From Candidatus Danuiimicrobium aquiferis (lineage in GTDB: Bacteria; Omnitrophota; Omnitrophia; Omnitrophales; Danuiimicrobiaceae), in contig MHFR01000013.1 of assembly GCA_001804285.1 (NCBI GenBank), positions 8,920-72,919 of the forward strand: a stretch of DNA of 64,000 nt, in the 5' to 3' direction. Positions within the stretch are counted from its first letter, which is position 1. Each line of letters starts with the position of its first letter. Under the pieces are notes generated by a model. That model ran no database searches. It saw only the letters and a program-made list of their open reading frames with translations, and was not told the origin of the DNA. Position numbers and translations under genes: made by a program. This document shows, one piece after another, positions 10,138-18,711 of this stretch.

Positions 10138-10872
10138 ATGCGATACCGCTTACGGATTAGCGTGTTTCTTATATCTGGTTTTATGTTAAGCGGTTGCGTT
10201 CTTTCATTGAATCAAGGCTGGTTCGCTTCGAAAATTGATTCAGCCGGAAAATCTCCCGTGTCCGTTGCTTATTTCAATCCAAGGGCTATTCCAAAAACGT
10301 TTGCCGGTGAATCGGTGATCGTGTTGTTTCATCCGGCCGGGACGGACGGCGAAGAATATCTCGATGGCTGGATGGATGAAGCAAAAAAAGGAAAATATTT
10401 TTTTGCGGCGCCAACAATTGAATTTGATCCAGTTTACTGGACCCAGGGATATCAAGATCAGCTTTTCAGCGAACTTGAAAGGCTGTCCGGGAAATATCAG
10501 CTTGTGCGTGACGGAGCGTTCTTTGTCGGATCTTCTTTTGGCGCAAATTATGGATTTGAAGCAGCGCTGGCAAAACCGGGAAAGTTTCACGGCGGGATTT
10601 TTTTGAATGGTTCGCTTGGCCGCTATTTGGATGCGATCCGACGGTTTCCGGGACGAACTATTGATGCGCCGGTGTTGTTGGTTTGGGGCTCGGAAGACCC
10701 AAATCTGGATCCGGAAGGCAATGAAAAGGCGCGTGCGATTTTTGAGAAAGCGGGTATTAAAAATATTAGTTTTGAAATCATTCAAGGGCTTGGGCATGCG
10801 GAAGATCCTTTTGTGAAAAAAGAATTAATGGATTTAATTGATGCAAAATTAAATAAAATGGAGAGGGCTTAG
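10138..10872 (+). CDS. Alpha/beta hydrolase (phospholipase/carboxylesterase-like) lipoprotein
   Basis: Lipobox LSGC; GSSFG nucleophile elbow, WGSED and GLGH triad residues; start may be 10105 (TTG). Confidence 0.75.
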   Translation: MRYRLRISVFLISGFMLSGCVLSLNQGWFASKIDSAGKSPVSVAYFNPRAIPKTFAGESVIVLFHPAGTDGEEYLDGWMDEAKKGKYFFAAPTIEFDPVYWTQGYQDQLFSELERLSGKYQLVRDGAFFVGSSFGANYGFEAALAKPGKFHGGIFLNGSLGRYLDAIRRFPGRTIDAPVLLVWGSEDPNLDPEGNEKARAIFEKAGIKNISFEIIQGLGHAEDPFVKKELMDLIDAKLNKMERA

Positions 10873-10876
10873 TAAA

Positions 10877-12562
10877 ATGGCAAAGATGACGGGCGCGCAG
10901 ATTATGGTGAAATGTTTGGAAATGCTGGGAGTGGAGTATGTTTTTGGGCTTCCCGGCGGCGTGATCCTTCCGACATTTGACGTCCTGTATGATTCGAAGA
11001 AATTAAAATTTATTTTGGTGAGGCATGAACAAGGCGCAACGCATATGGCTGATGGATATGCTCGCGCAACCGGAAGGCCGGGGGTGTGTCTTGTGACGTC
11101 GGGGCCGGGTGCGACGAATACGGTGACTGGGCTTGCGACCGCTTATATGGATTCTTCCCCCGTCATTTGTATTACCGGCCAAGTGCCGACACATGCGATC
11201 GGGATGGATGCATTTCAAGAGGCGGATATTGTGGGGATTACGCGGCCGATTACAAAACACAATTTTCTTTTGAAAGATGTGAAAGATATTGCCCGGGTGA
11301 TGCGCGAAGCGTTTTACATTGCGACGACAGGTCGTCCGGGTCCCGTGCTCGTTGATTTTCCGGTGGACGTGAGTCGTGCGATCACCGAATTCGAATTTCC
11401 CGAAAGAATTTATATGCGTGCGTACCGGCCATCCCGCGAAATTGATATGGAACAAATCAAGAAAGCGGCGGAAGCGATCAATAAAAGTAAACGGCCTTGC
11501 TTATATGTCGGCGGTGGGACGATTGCTTCGGATGCATCGAAGGAGTTGCGTGAGTTTGTCGAAAAAACGGGAATTCCCGTGACGACCACTATTTTAGGAC
11601 TTGGCGCGTTTCCGGAAGATCATCCGCTTTCGCTTCGGATGTTGGGAATGCATGGTTCCGCGTATGCCAATTATACCGTGCAGCGTTCCGACCTGCTGAT
11701 TTCAGTGGGCGCGCGTTTCGATGACAGGGTAACGGGAAACATTTCAAAATTTGCGCCGGATGCGAAAGTGGTCCATATTGATATCGATCCATCCTCGATC
11801 TCAAAAACGGTGCGTGTGGATTACCCCATTCTGGGCGATATTAAACCGGTTTTGCGTGAGCTGATTCCGCTTGTCAAAAACAGGCGTCAAGCGATCAAGC
11901 CGTGGATGAAGCAGATTCAAGAGTGGAAAAAGAAACATCCGCTCCGGTACAATCAGGATGATTCGGAAATTCGCCAGGAATATGTGATCGACCAAATCGG
12001 CAAGTTAACGGATCACAAAGCGGTTGTTGTAACAGGGGTGGGGCAACACCAAATGTGGACAGCGCAATGGTATCAATTTTCCGAGCCGCGGACGATGATT
12101 ACTTCCGGAGGGCTCGGGACGATGGGGTTTGGTTTGCCTGCGGCGATTGGTGCGCAAATCGGCCGGCCGGAGAAAACCGTTGTGTGTATCGATGGCGATG
12201 GCTCGTTTCATATGACGCTTGCGGAATTGACAACGGCCAAGTATTACAAGATTCCCGTGAAAATTGTGGTGCTTGATAACGGCTATTTCGGAATGGTGCG
12301 ACAGTGGCAGGAACTTTTTTATAATCGCCGTTATTCCGCCTCGGTTTTGTCGCTTTTAAATCCTGATTTTTCAGAAGTGGCCAAGGCTTTCGGAATATAT
12401 TCCGTTCAAGTTCGCAAGAAAGAAGACGTTGTGGCGGGCCTTAAAAAAATATTGTCACATAAAGGGCCGGCGTTACTTCACGTATTAGTCAAAGGCGAAC
12501 AGAATGTATTTCCGATGGTGCCGGCCGGAAATGCATTAGATCAAATTATGGATATGGCGTAG
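10877..12562 (+). CDS. ilvB: Acetolactate synthase large subunit
   Basis: FGLPGG, RHEQGA, TSGPGATN, GMHG, GQHQMW, SGGLGTMG, GDGS..N TPP motif. Confidence 0.98.
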   Translation: MAKMTGAQIMVKCLEMLGVEYVFGLPGGVILPTFDVLYDSKKLKFILVRHEQGATHMADGYARATGRPGVCLVTSGPGATNTVTGLATAYMDSSPVICITGQVPTHAIGMDAFQEADIVGITRPITKHNFLLKDVKDIARVMREAFYIATTGRPGPVLVDFPVDVSRAITEFEFPERIYMRAYRPSREIDMEQIKKAAEAINKSKRPCLYVGGGTIASDASKELREFVEKTGIPVTTTILGLGAFPEDHPLSLRMLGMHGSAYANYTVQRSDLLISVGARFDDRVTGNISKFAPDAKVVHIDIDPSSISKTVRVDYPILGDIKPVLRELIPLVKNRRQAIKPWMKQIQEWKKKHPLRYNQDDSEIRQEYVIDQIGKLTDHKAVVVTGVGQHQMWTAQWYQFSEPRTMITSGGLGTMGFGLPAAIGAQIGRPEKTVVCIDGDGSFHMTLAELTTAKYYKIPVKIVVLDNGYFGMVRQWQELFYNRRYSASVLSLLNPDFSEVAKAFGIYSVQVRKKEDVVAGLKKILSHKGPALLHVLVKGEQNVFPMVPAGNALDQIMDMA

Positions 12563-12620
12563 GGAAATAGAAAGTTAGTTGTTGAAAGAGAAATAATAGG
12601 ACACGGGTTTTTAATAGAGA

Positions 12621-12690
12621 GTCATCCCCGCATGCTTTAAGCGGGGATCTAATGAACGATGGATTCCCGCTAAAGACTTGCGGGAATGAC
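12621..12690. repeat. REP-like doublet (family A), uninterrupted copy
   Basis: GTCATCCCCGC ATGCTTTAA GCGGGGATC ... GATTCCCGC TAAAGACTT GCGGGAATGAC. Confidence 0.9.
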
Positions 12691-12735
12691 ACTTTTCGAA
12701 CTTTATGAAAGCGGTTCTTAACTCAAGGAGCTCTT

Positions 12736-13359
12736 ATGAAAAAGCATACGATTTCAGTGTTGGTTGAAAATCACCCCGGTGTTTTGGCGCGGGTCGCAGG
12801 CCTTTTTTCCGCGCGCGGATTTAATATCGACAGCCTCGCCGTCGGAGAAACGCATGATCCGGAAGTTTCCCGGATGACAATTTCCGTAACCGGGGATGAG
12901 AAGGTATTAGAACAAATCATGAAACAATTGGATAAGTTGATTGACGTTATCACCGTTGTCGATATCAGCAAGGGAAATCCGATTGAACGCGAACTGGTTC
13001 TGATTAAAGTGTCGGCAAATCCTCAAAATCGCAATGACATTATGCAAATTGTGAATACGTTCCGGGCAAAAGTGGTTGATGTCAGCCCCGATTCGCTGAC
13101 CGTTGAAGTGACGGGAACGGAAAGTAAAATTGACGCGATGCTCGAACTTCTCCGGCCGTTTGAGTTGCGCGAAGTTGTCCGGACGGGTTTGATCGCTTTG
13201 GCGCGCCGAACGGAACTGGCTCCTCCGCCGAAACATGCGGATGAATTGAATGCGAAAAAGTTGAAAGGAAAGCAGATAAGTTCCGCCAAAAAACATGGCG
13301 GATCCGCCATGCTGTGTGTCGGAAAAAAGTCAAAAGGTAAAAGCAAAAAGTCAAAATAA
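12736..13359 (+). CDS. ilvN: Acetolactate synthase small (regulatory) subunit with a repeat-derived C-terminal extension
   Basis: [34 protein letters not shown] domain, [14 protein letters not shown]. Confidence 0.97.
   Translation: MKKHTISVLVENHPGVLARVAGLFSARGFNIDSLAVGETHDPEVSRMTISVTGDEKVLEQIMKQLDKLIDVITVVDISKGNPIERELVLIKVSANPQNRNDIMQIVNTFRAKVVDVSPDSLTVEVTGTESKIDAMLELLRPFELREVVRTGLIALARRTELAPPPKHADELNAKKLKGKQISSAKKHGGSAMLCVGKKSKGKSKKSK
13282..13323. repeat. 42-bp family B double-hairpin element, in frame in ilvN
   Basis: TCCGCC AAAAAACA TGGCGGA TCCGCC ATGCTGTG TGTCGGA. Confidence 0.85.
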
Positions 13360-13381
13360 AAAATTAATTGAGGGGATTAAA

Positions 13382-14386
13382 ATGGCAAAGATTTATTATG
13401 ATCAAGATGCGGATTTGAACGTTTTAAAAAATAAAAAAATAGCAATTATCGGTTACGGGATACAGGGCCGCGGGCAAGGGCTGAACCTTCGCGATTCCGG
13501 CGTTTCTGTTATCGTGAGTGAACTTCCGGGGACAAAGAATTATGATCTGGCCGTTCAGGATGGTTTTAAACCCATGGGAGCTGATGAAGCGACCAAGCAA
13601 GCCGATATTATTCAAATATTAACGCAGGATCATTTGCAAGCGCAAATTTATGAGAAGTTTATCGCACCGAATTTGAAAGCCGGAAAAGCCCTTCTTTTTT
13701 CGCATGGCTTCAATATTCATTATGGATACATTAAACCGCCAAAAGATATCGATGTCATTATGGTTGCGCCCAAAGGGCCGGGATCATTGGTACGTTCGCA
13801 ATTTGTTGCGGGCGGCGGAGTTCCGTGTTTGGTGGCTGTTGAGCAGAATGCAAGCAAGAATGCGCTCAAGCTTGCGATGGCACACGCGAAAGCGGTCGGC
13901 GGGACGCGAGCCGGTGTGATCCAGACCACCTTTAAGGAAGAGACCGAAACTGATTTATTCGGCGAACAAGTGGTGCTTTGCGGCGGGTTGACGGAATTGA
14001 TCCGCGCCGGTTTTGATACATTGGTTGAAGCGGGATATCAGCCGGAAATGGCGTATTTCGAATGTTTGCATGAAGTGAAATTGATTACCGATGCGGTTTT
14101 TGTTTCCGGAATCGGCGGAATGCACCGGCGGGTGTCCGATACGGCGGAATACGGGGACTATTCGCGCGGAAAAAGAGTGATCACGAAAGAGACCCGCAAG
14201 GAGATGAAGAAAATTTTAAAAGAAGTTCAGAACGGCAAGTTTGCAAAAGAATGGATAGACGAAAATAAAACGGGCCGAAAAAATTTCGACAAGATGCGAA
14301 AAGAAGCGGACAATCATCCGATTGAAAAGGTCGGCGAGAGTCTCCGGAAGATGATGCCTTGGATTGAAGGTGGGAAAAAGATTTAA
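13382..14386 (+). CDS. ilvC: Ketol-acid reductoisomerase
   Basis: [36 protein letters not shown]; SD GAGGGG before the ATG at 13382. Confidence 0.98.
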   Translation: MAKIYYDQDADLNVLKNKKIAIIGYGIQGRGQGLNLRDSGVSVIVSELPGTKNYDLAVQDGFKPMGADEATKQADIIQILTQDHLQAQIYEKFIAPNLKAGKALLFSHGFNIHYGYIKPPKDIDVIMVAPKGPGSLVRSQFVAGGGVPCLVAVEQNASKNALKLAMAHAKAVGGTRAGVIQTTFKEETETDLFGEQVVLCGGLTELIRAGFDTLVEAGYQPEMAYFECLHEVKLITDAVFVSGIGGMHRRVSDTAEYGDYSRGKRVITKETRKEMKKILKEVQNGKFAKEWIDENKTGRKNFDKMRKEADNHPIEKVGESLRKMMPWIEGGKKI

Positions 14387-14393
14387 GATTAAT

Positions 14394-14423
14394 CGTAGGG
14401 GCAATTCATGAATTGCCCCTACG
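14394..14423. repeat. GTAG-type REP, perfect 30-bp palindrome
   Basis: CGTAGGGGCAATTCATGAATTGCCCCTACG. Confidence 0.92.
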
Positions 14424-14443
14424 GACATTTTTCAATGAGAGAC

Positions 14444-15991
14444 ATGATGAAAAGAAAAAAACGGAAAATTTACATTTTTGATACTACGCTACGCGATGGC
14501 GAGCAGTGTCCGGGGGCCTCTTTGACTGCGGATGAAAAACTTCAAGTGGCAAGACAACTTGAGCGTCTCGGTGTTGACATTATCGAAGCGGGGTTTCCGG
14601 CGGCGTCACCGGGTGAAATTGAAGCTATCCAGGCGATTTCTAAAGAAGTGACGAAGCCGGTGATTTGTGCTTTGGCCAGGATGGTGTCTCAAGATATTGA
14701 CGCTGCGCGCGAGGCGCTCAAATATGCGAAGAAGAAACGGCTTCATGTTTTTTTGGCGACGTCGAAAATTCACCGGGAATTCAAACTGAAAAAGAGAAAG
14801 TCTGAAATCTTAAAATTGGCGCAGCAGCAGATCAAATATGCCGGGCAGTGGTTTAAGGACATTCAATTTTCGCCGGAGGATGCGTCCCGTACGGAACGCG
14901 AATTTTTGGCGGACGCGGTTTGGGCTGCGATTGATTCAGGGGCCACGACTATTAATATTCCCGATACGGTCGGGTATGCTTTGCCGAAGGAGTTCGGCGA
15001 ATTGATTGCTTGGTTGATCAAGAAAATTCCGGGTTTGGGAAAGAAAATAAGTTTAGCGGTTCATTGTCATAATGATCTGGGGTTAGCGGTTGCCAATTCT
15101 TTGCAGGCGGTGATGTTCGGAGCGAATCAAGTCGAATGTACGATGAATGGAATCGGTGAGCGTGCGGGAAATGCGTCAATGGAAGAAATTGTGATGGCGA
15201 TTGATACCCGGCGCGATTTAATGAATGTGTATACGGATATTAAAGTGAATCAAATTATTAAATCGTCGCGGCTCGTTTCTCATTTAACGGGATTGGCCGT
15301 GCAGCCCAACAAAGCGATCGTTGGGCGAAATGCCTTTGCGCATGAATCGGGAATTCATCAGGACGGAGTTCTCAAGAAACGCCAGACGTATGAAATTATC
15401 GACCCGAAACGGATCGGTCTTTCCGGGAGCGAAATGGTCATGGGAAAACATTCCGGACGCCATGCGTTCCGCGAGCGGCTGGTGAAACTCGGGATTGTCC
15501 TGAACAGTGAAGATTTAAACCGGGCGTTTGAACGGTTCAAGCGCCTTTGCGACCAGAAAAAATATGTGTTTGATCAGGACATTGAAGCCATTGTCGAAGA
15601 AGAGGTGAGTAAAATTCCTGAAACGTGGAAACTGGAATACACCAAGATTTCAAGCGAAACCGGTGTTGTGCCAAGCGCAACGGTGCGCTTATCCTGTCGC
15701 GGTGAAATCAAAGAAGCTTCATCCGAAGGAGATGGTCCGGTGGATGCGTGCTATAAAGCGATTGAAAAGGCGACCGGAATTGAGGCGACGCTCGTGAATT
15801 ATTCGATTCAATCCGTGACGAGCGGGAAAGATGCGCTCGGTGAAGTGAATATTAAGATGCTCGTGAACGGAAAAGAAATCGGCGGCCGCGCGACCAGTAC
15901 GGACGTAATCGAAGCGAGCGTTAAAGCGTACTTGTTTGTCTTGAATAAAGTTCAAATGCATCAAGGCGGGAAATCCGGTTTACCGATTTGA
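14444..15991 (+). CDS. leuA: 2-isopropylmalate synthase
   Basis: DTTLRDGEQ, HCHNDLG, GERAGN, HESGIHQDG, C-terminal regulatory domain (GDGPVDA); start approximate. Confidence 0.97.
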   Translation: MMKRKKRKIYIFDTTLRDGEQCPGASLTADEKLQVARQLERLGVDIIEAGFPAASPGEIEAIQAISKEVTKPVICALARMVSQDIDAAREALKYAKKKRLHVFLATSKIHREFKLKKRKSEILKLAQQQIKYAGQWFKDIQFSPEDASRTEREFLADAVWAAIDSGATTINIPDTVGYALPKEFGELIAWLIKKIPGLGKKISLAVHCHNDLGLAVANSLQAVMFGANQVECTMNGIGERAGNASMEEIVMAIDTRRDLMNVYTDIKVNQIIKSSRLVSHLTGLAVQPNKAIVGRNAFAHESGIHQDGVLKKRQTYEIIDPKRIGLSGSEMVMGKHSGRHAFRERLVKLGIVLNSEDLNRAFERFKRLCDQKKYVFDQDIEAIVEEEVSKIPETWKLEYTKISSETGVVPSATVRLSCRGEIKEASSEGDGPVDACYKAIEKATGIEATLVNYSIQSVTSGKDALGEVNIKMLVNGKEIGGRATSTDVIEASVKAYLFVLNKVQMHQGGKSGLPI

Positions 15992-16013
15992 AAATTGTAT
16001 TATTTACGCGGCT

Positions 16014-16045
16014 TGTCATTCCCGCATGCTTTAGGCGGGAATCCA
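16014..16045. repeat. Single REP arm (family A)
   Basis: TGTCATTCCCGCATGCTTTAGGCGGGAATCCA. Confidence 0.85.
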
Positions 16046-16077
16046 TAGATTGAATATTTTGAAATAAGGAGAAATAG

Positions 16078-16347
16078 ATGAATAATATTAATGTTTTAAC
16101 TGTATTGTTCTCATAGATAGGATTAGTGAGTATTGTTTTTTTAATAAAGCCAAGAAAGAACCTATTGTGGCTTCGTATTTTTTCATATTTTTCCATGGGA
16201 AATGGTTGTTTGTTTCTTGCGCATTTTTTTTCTGGTGAATCAGACGCACTTATTTACGGTGTAAATCTTGTGGGTTTGAGTCTGTTAAGTGGTTTGGTTC
16301 ACAGCGAACTGTCCGACATTCGTAAGAAGTTAGAAGAGCGGAAGTGA
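16078..16347 (+). pseudogene. Small AT-rich membrane protein gene interrupted by an in-frame TAG (16114-16116), or a short CDS from 16126
   Basis: AAGGAG SD then ATG 16078, in frame with the 16126-16347 ORF; hydrophobic segments on both sides of the stop. Confidence 0.5.
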
Positions 16348-16394
16348 TTGATAAGTTGTTTGGGGTGATGGCTGTTGTGAAGTCATTGTATGTG

Positions 16395-16465
16395 TGTCAT
16401 CCCCGCGGAAGCGGGAATCCAGTAGTATTGATAAAATAATGTAACTGGATTCCCGCTTCCGCGGG
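16395..16465. repeat. Family A REP doublet, left part (right arm split by the IS; remainder at 17776-17784)
   Basis: TGTCATCCCCGCGGAAGCGGGAATCCAGT / ACTGGATTCCCGCTTCCGCGGG, completed by AATGACA after the IS. Confidence 0.9.
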
Positions 16466-16546
16466 TTAAAATGAATAATTGTGTCCTCCTGCTCCAGACG
16501 TACAATCTGGAGCGAGAAGTTAACCTTTTAAAGGAGGAGGACACAA

Positions 16547-17617
16547 ATGAATACAATTGGTACTGATTTTCACAAAAGAACGTCTACGTTTTATGTGCTA
16601 AACCATGATGGTACAAAAATGAAATCATGCAAAATAGAAAATAATCGCGATAATCTTCGGACATTTGTTTCTCAAATTCCAGGTCCGAAACAATTGGCCG
16701 TCGAAGCTACCCGTAGCTGGTCGTTATTTTACGATACGGTTAACGACCTCGTCGATCATTTTTATTTAGCACATCCTAAAAAGCTGAAAGCCATTACTCA
16801 ATCTGAGACCAAAAACGATCAAAACGATGCTCGCGAAATAACCAAACTTACTCATTCTGGTTTTTTACCGACAGCTCATATTACGTCCGTCGATACCAGA
16901 CAATTAAGAAATCTTCTTCGATGCCGGCGCTTTTTGGTTAATCAACGGCGATCTATCCGGAACCAAGTACAAACTCTCATCGATCGCAATATTTGGGCTG
17001 CCGATAGACCGAAATCATTTAAGAGTCCTTTTTGTTCCAGAGGACTCAAATGGCTGAACGCTATCGATCTTCCTCAAAGAGAACGTTTTATTTTGAATGA
17101 GCTATTAAAAACCTATCAACATCTTCTAAAACAAATTTCAACGTTGGAAGACTTTATTCAAACACAAACAGTAGATTTGCCGGGGCTTCAATTCCTGCGA
17201 ACAGTTCCGGGCTTTAGAATGAGCAAAATCAATGCGTATATCATCCTGGTTGAATCAAGCGACATTTCACGCTTTTACAAAGCGCGCGGCTATGCACGTT
17301 ATGTCGGCTTAATTCCCAGAGAATTTTCATCGGGAGATAAGCACCGAACCGGTCGCTTAATTAAAGATGCTAATATGCACTTAAGAACCGCTTTCATCGA
17401 ATCAACGTTGGCAGCGATTCGTGCCGACAAAGGGTTGAAAGCTTATTATAAACAAGTTAAAAGCCGGCAAGGCTCTGGACCGGCAATCATCGCTACGGCT
17501 CGTAAGTTAGCTTATGCCGTGTATCATGTTTTAAAAGAACAAAGGGCTTATCGCCCAGAACCGATAATTCCGCCAGCGGCCGTCTGTCATTCCTTTCCTA
17601 TTTCCAACTGCAACTAA
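16547..17617 (+). CDS. IS110-family DEDD recombinase/transposase
   Basis: IGTDFHK (D), VEAT (E), KNDQND (DD) RuvC-like domain; GLIPREFSSG catalytic-Ser loop; ARKLA. Confidence 0.96.
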   Translation: MNTIGTDFHKRTSTFYVLNHDGTKMKSCKIENNRDNLRTFVSQIPGPKQLAVEATRSWSLFYDTVNDLVDHFYLAHPKKLKAITQSETKNDQNDAREITKLTHSGFLPTAHITSVDTRQLRNLLRCRRFLVNQRRSIRNQVQTLIDRNIWAADRPKSFKSPFCSRGLKWLNAIDLPQRERFILNELLKTYQHLLKQISTLEDFIQTQTVDLPGLQFLRTVPGFRMSKINAYIILVESSDISRFYKARGYARYVGLIPREFSSGDKHRTGRLIKDANMHLRTAFIESTLAAIRADKGLKAYYKQVKSRQGSGPAIIATARKLAYAVYHVLKEQRAYRPEPIIPPAAVCHSFPISNCN

Positions 17618-17757
17618 TTTGGAAATGAGGACTTTGCGGGTTTCGCGGCGCTTGGTGGTGAATTTTATATTAGTGATCTTTTAGATGCACTCAATAGTGG
17701 ATTGGTCACAAGACCTTAAACCCGTTAACTTTTTATTAAAGAGCAGTTAAACTATTT
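17566..17757 (+). ncRNA. Predicted bridge RNA / seekRNA of the IS1111-type element (ends approximate)
   Basis: Target guides TGTCATTCC (17585-17593) and TTTGCGGG (17633-17640) in an internal loop; donor guides ATAGTGG (17694-17700) and TTAAACC (17716-17722) around a GGTC-ACAA-GACC hairpin. Confidence 0.8.
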
Positions 17758-17841
17758 GACACAATTATTCATAGTGGAATGACAAGGTTTGTTGCTTCAG
17801 AATGACGTTAATTTGACATTGGTTTACTATAAACAAAATTC

Positions 17842-18711
17842 ATGCGTGCCATTGGCGACAAAGATATACAAATATTCGGTATTTTCGGATTTCCGCTCGG
17901 GCATACGATATCTCCCGCAATTCACAATGCCGCATTTGACGTTTATGGTTTGAAAGCGTTTTATTCCGTTTTTGAACGGCCTCCCGTAAGGTTCCGTTTT
18001 TTAATGAGGAATCTAAAATCCATTTTATTAAACGGATTTAATGTGACGGTTCCCTATAAGGAAGCCGTGATTCCGTATTTAGACCGGATTGATCCGATGG
18101 CGCGGAAAATCGGCGCAGTGAATACGGTCAAAAAAGAAGGCGGGGCGTGGGTCGGTTACAATACTGATTATGAAGGTTTTCTGGCCGGCCTGAAACAAAT
18201 GCGCTTCAGTCCGAAAGGGAAAACAGCCGTTATTTTAGGTGCGGGCGGTGCGGCGCGTGCGGTTAGTTTTGGGCTTGCGCATCAAGGGATTCGTCGTTTG
18301 GTAATTTTTGACGTCATTGAGAAAAAAGCGCAGGACATTGTCCGGGCGTACCGGAGATTTTATCCGGCGGTTGAATGGGTCATCCGGCCGATGAAGGATG
18401 AGTATCTCGAGCCTGTGCTGAAAGAGGCGGACCTTTTAGTCAACGCAACGCCGGTTGGGCTGCATGCGGGAGATCCGTTGATTATAAAAAAATCGTTTTT
18501 CCCGAAACGGAAAATCTTAGTTTATGATTTAATTTACCGACCGCGGCTGCCGCGGTTTTTAAAATTGGCGAAAAGCCTCGGGCATTCGGTTGTGAACGGA
18601 GAAACGATGCTGCTCATGCAGGGCGCAAGGGCGTTTGAGATCTGGACGGAAAAGAAAGCACCGGTTCAGGTGATGAGAAAGGCGATGGATGATGTTTTAC
18701 GCGCTTCATAG
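17842..18711 (+). CDS. aroE: Shikimate dehydrogenase
   Basis: GFPLGHTISPAIHN, NVTVPYK, GAVNT, NTD, GAGGAARA, NATPVG, DLIY. Confidence 0.96.
   Translation: MRAIGDKDIQIFGIFGFPLGHTISPAIHNAAFDVYGLKAFYSVFERPPVRFRFLMRNLKSILLNGFNVTVPYKEAVIPYLDRIDPMARKIGAVNTVKKEGGAWVGYNTDYEGFLAGLKQMRFSPKGKTAVILGAGGAARAVSFGLAHQGIRRLVIFDVIEKKAQDIVRAYRRFYPAVEWVIRPMKDEYLEPVLKEADLLVNATPVGLHAGDPLIIKKSFFPKRKILVYDLIYRPRLPRFLKLAKSLGHSVVNGETMLLMQGARAFEIWTEKKAPVQVMRKAMDDVLRAS

Larger units (their letters stand above)
16464..17777 (+). mobile_element. IS110-family, IS1111-group insertion sequence (coordinates include both copies of the GG core)
   Basis: Perfect 15-bp subterminal IRs ATGAATAATTGTGTC (16471-16485) / GACACAATTATTCAT (17758-17772); removal restores the REP arm CCGCGGGAATGACA. 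Confidence 0.95.

Noticed and set aside
13295-13381. N-terminal extension of IlvC in the ORF track (likewise LeuA from 14408)
   Set aside because: The upstream ATGs come from repeat elements; SD position and homology favour 13382 and about 14444.
16114-16116. Stop-codon reassignment (TAG)
   Set aside because: TAG terminates conserved genes here (ilvB, pilD, xerC), so a single internal TAG is better read as a nonsense mutation or sequencing error.
17813-17841. aroE promoter at TTGACA 17813-17818
   Set aside because: No convincing -10 hexamer at 16-18 bp spacing.
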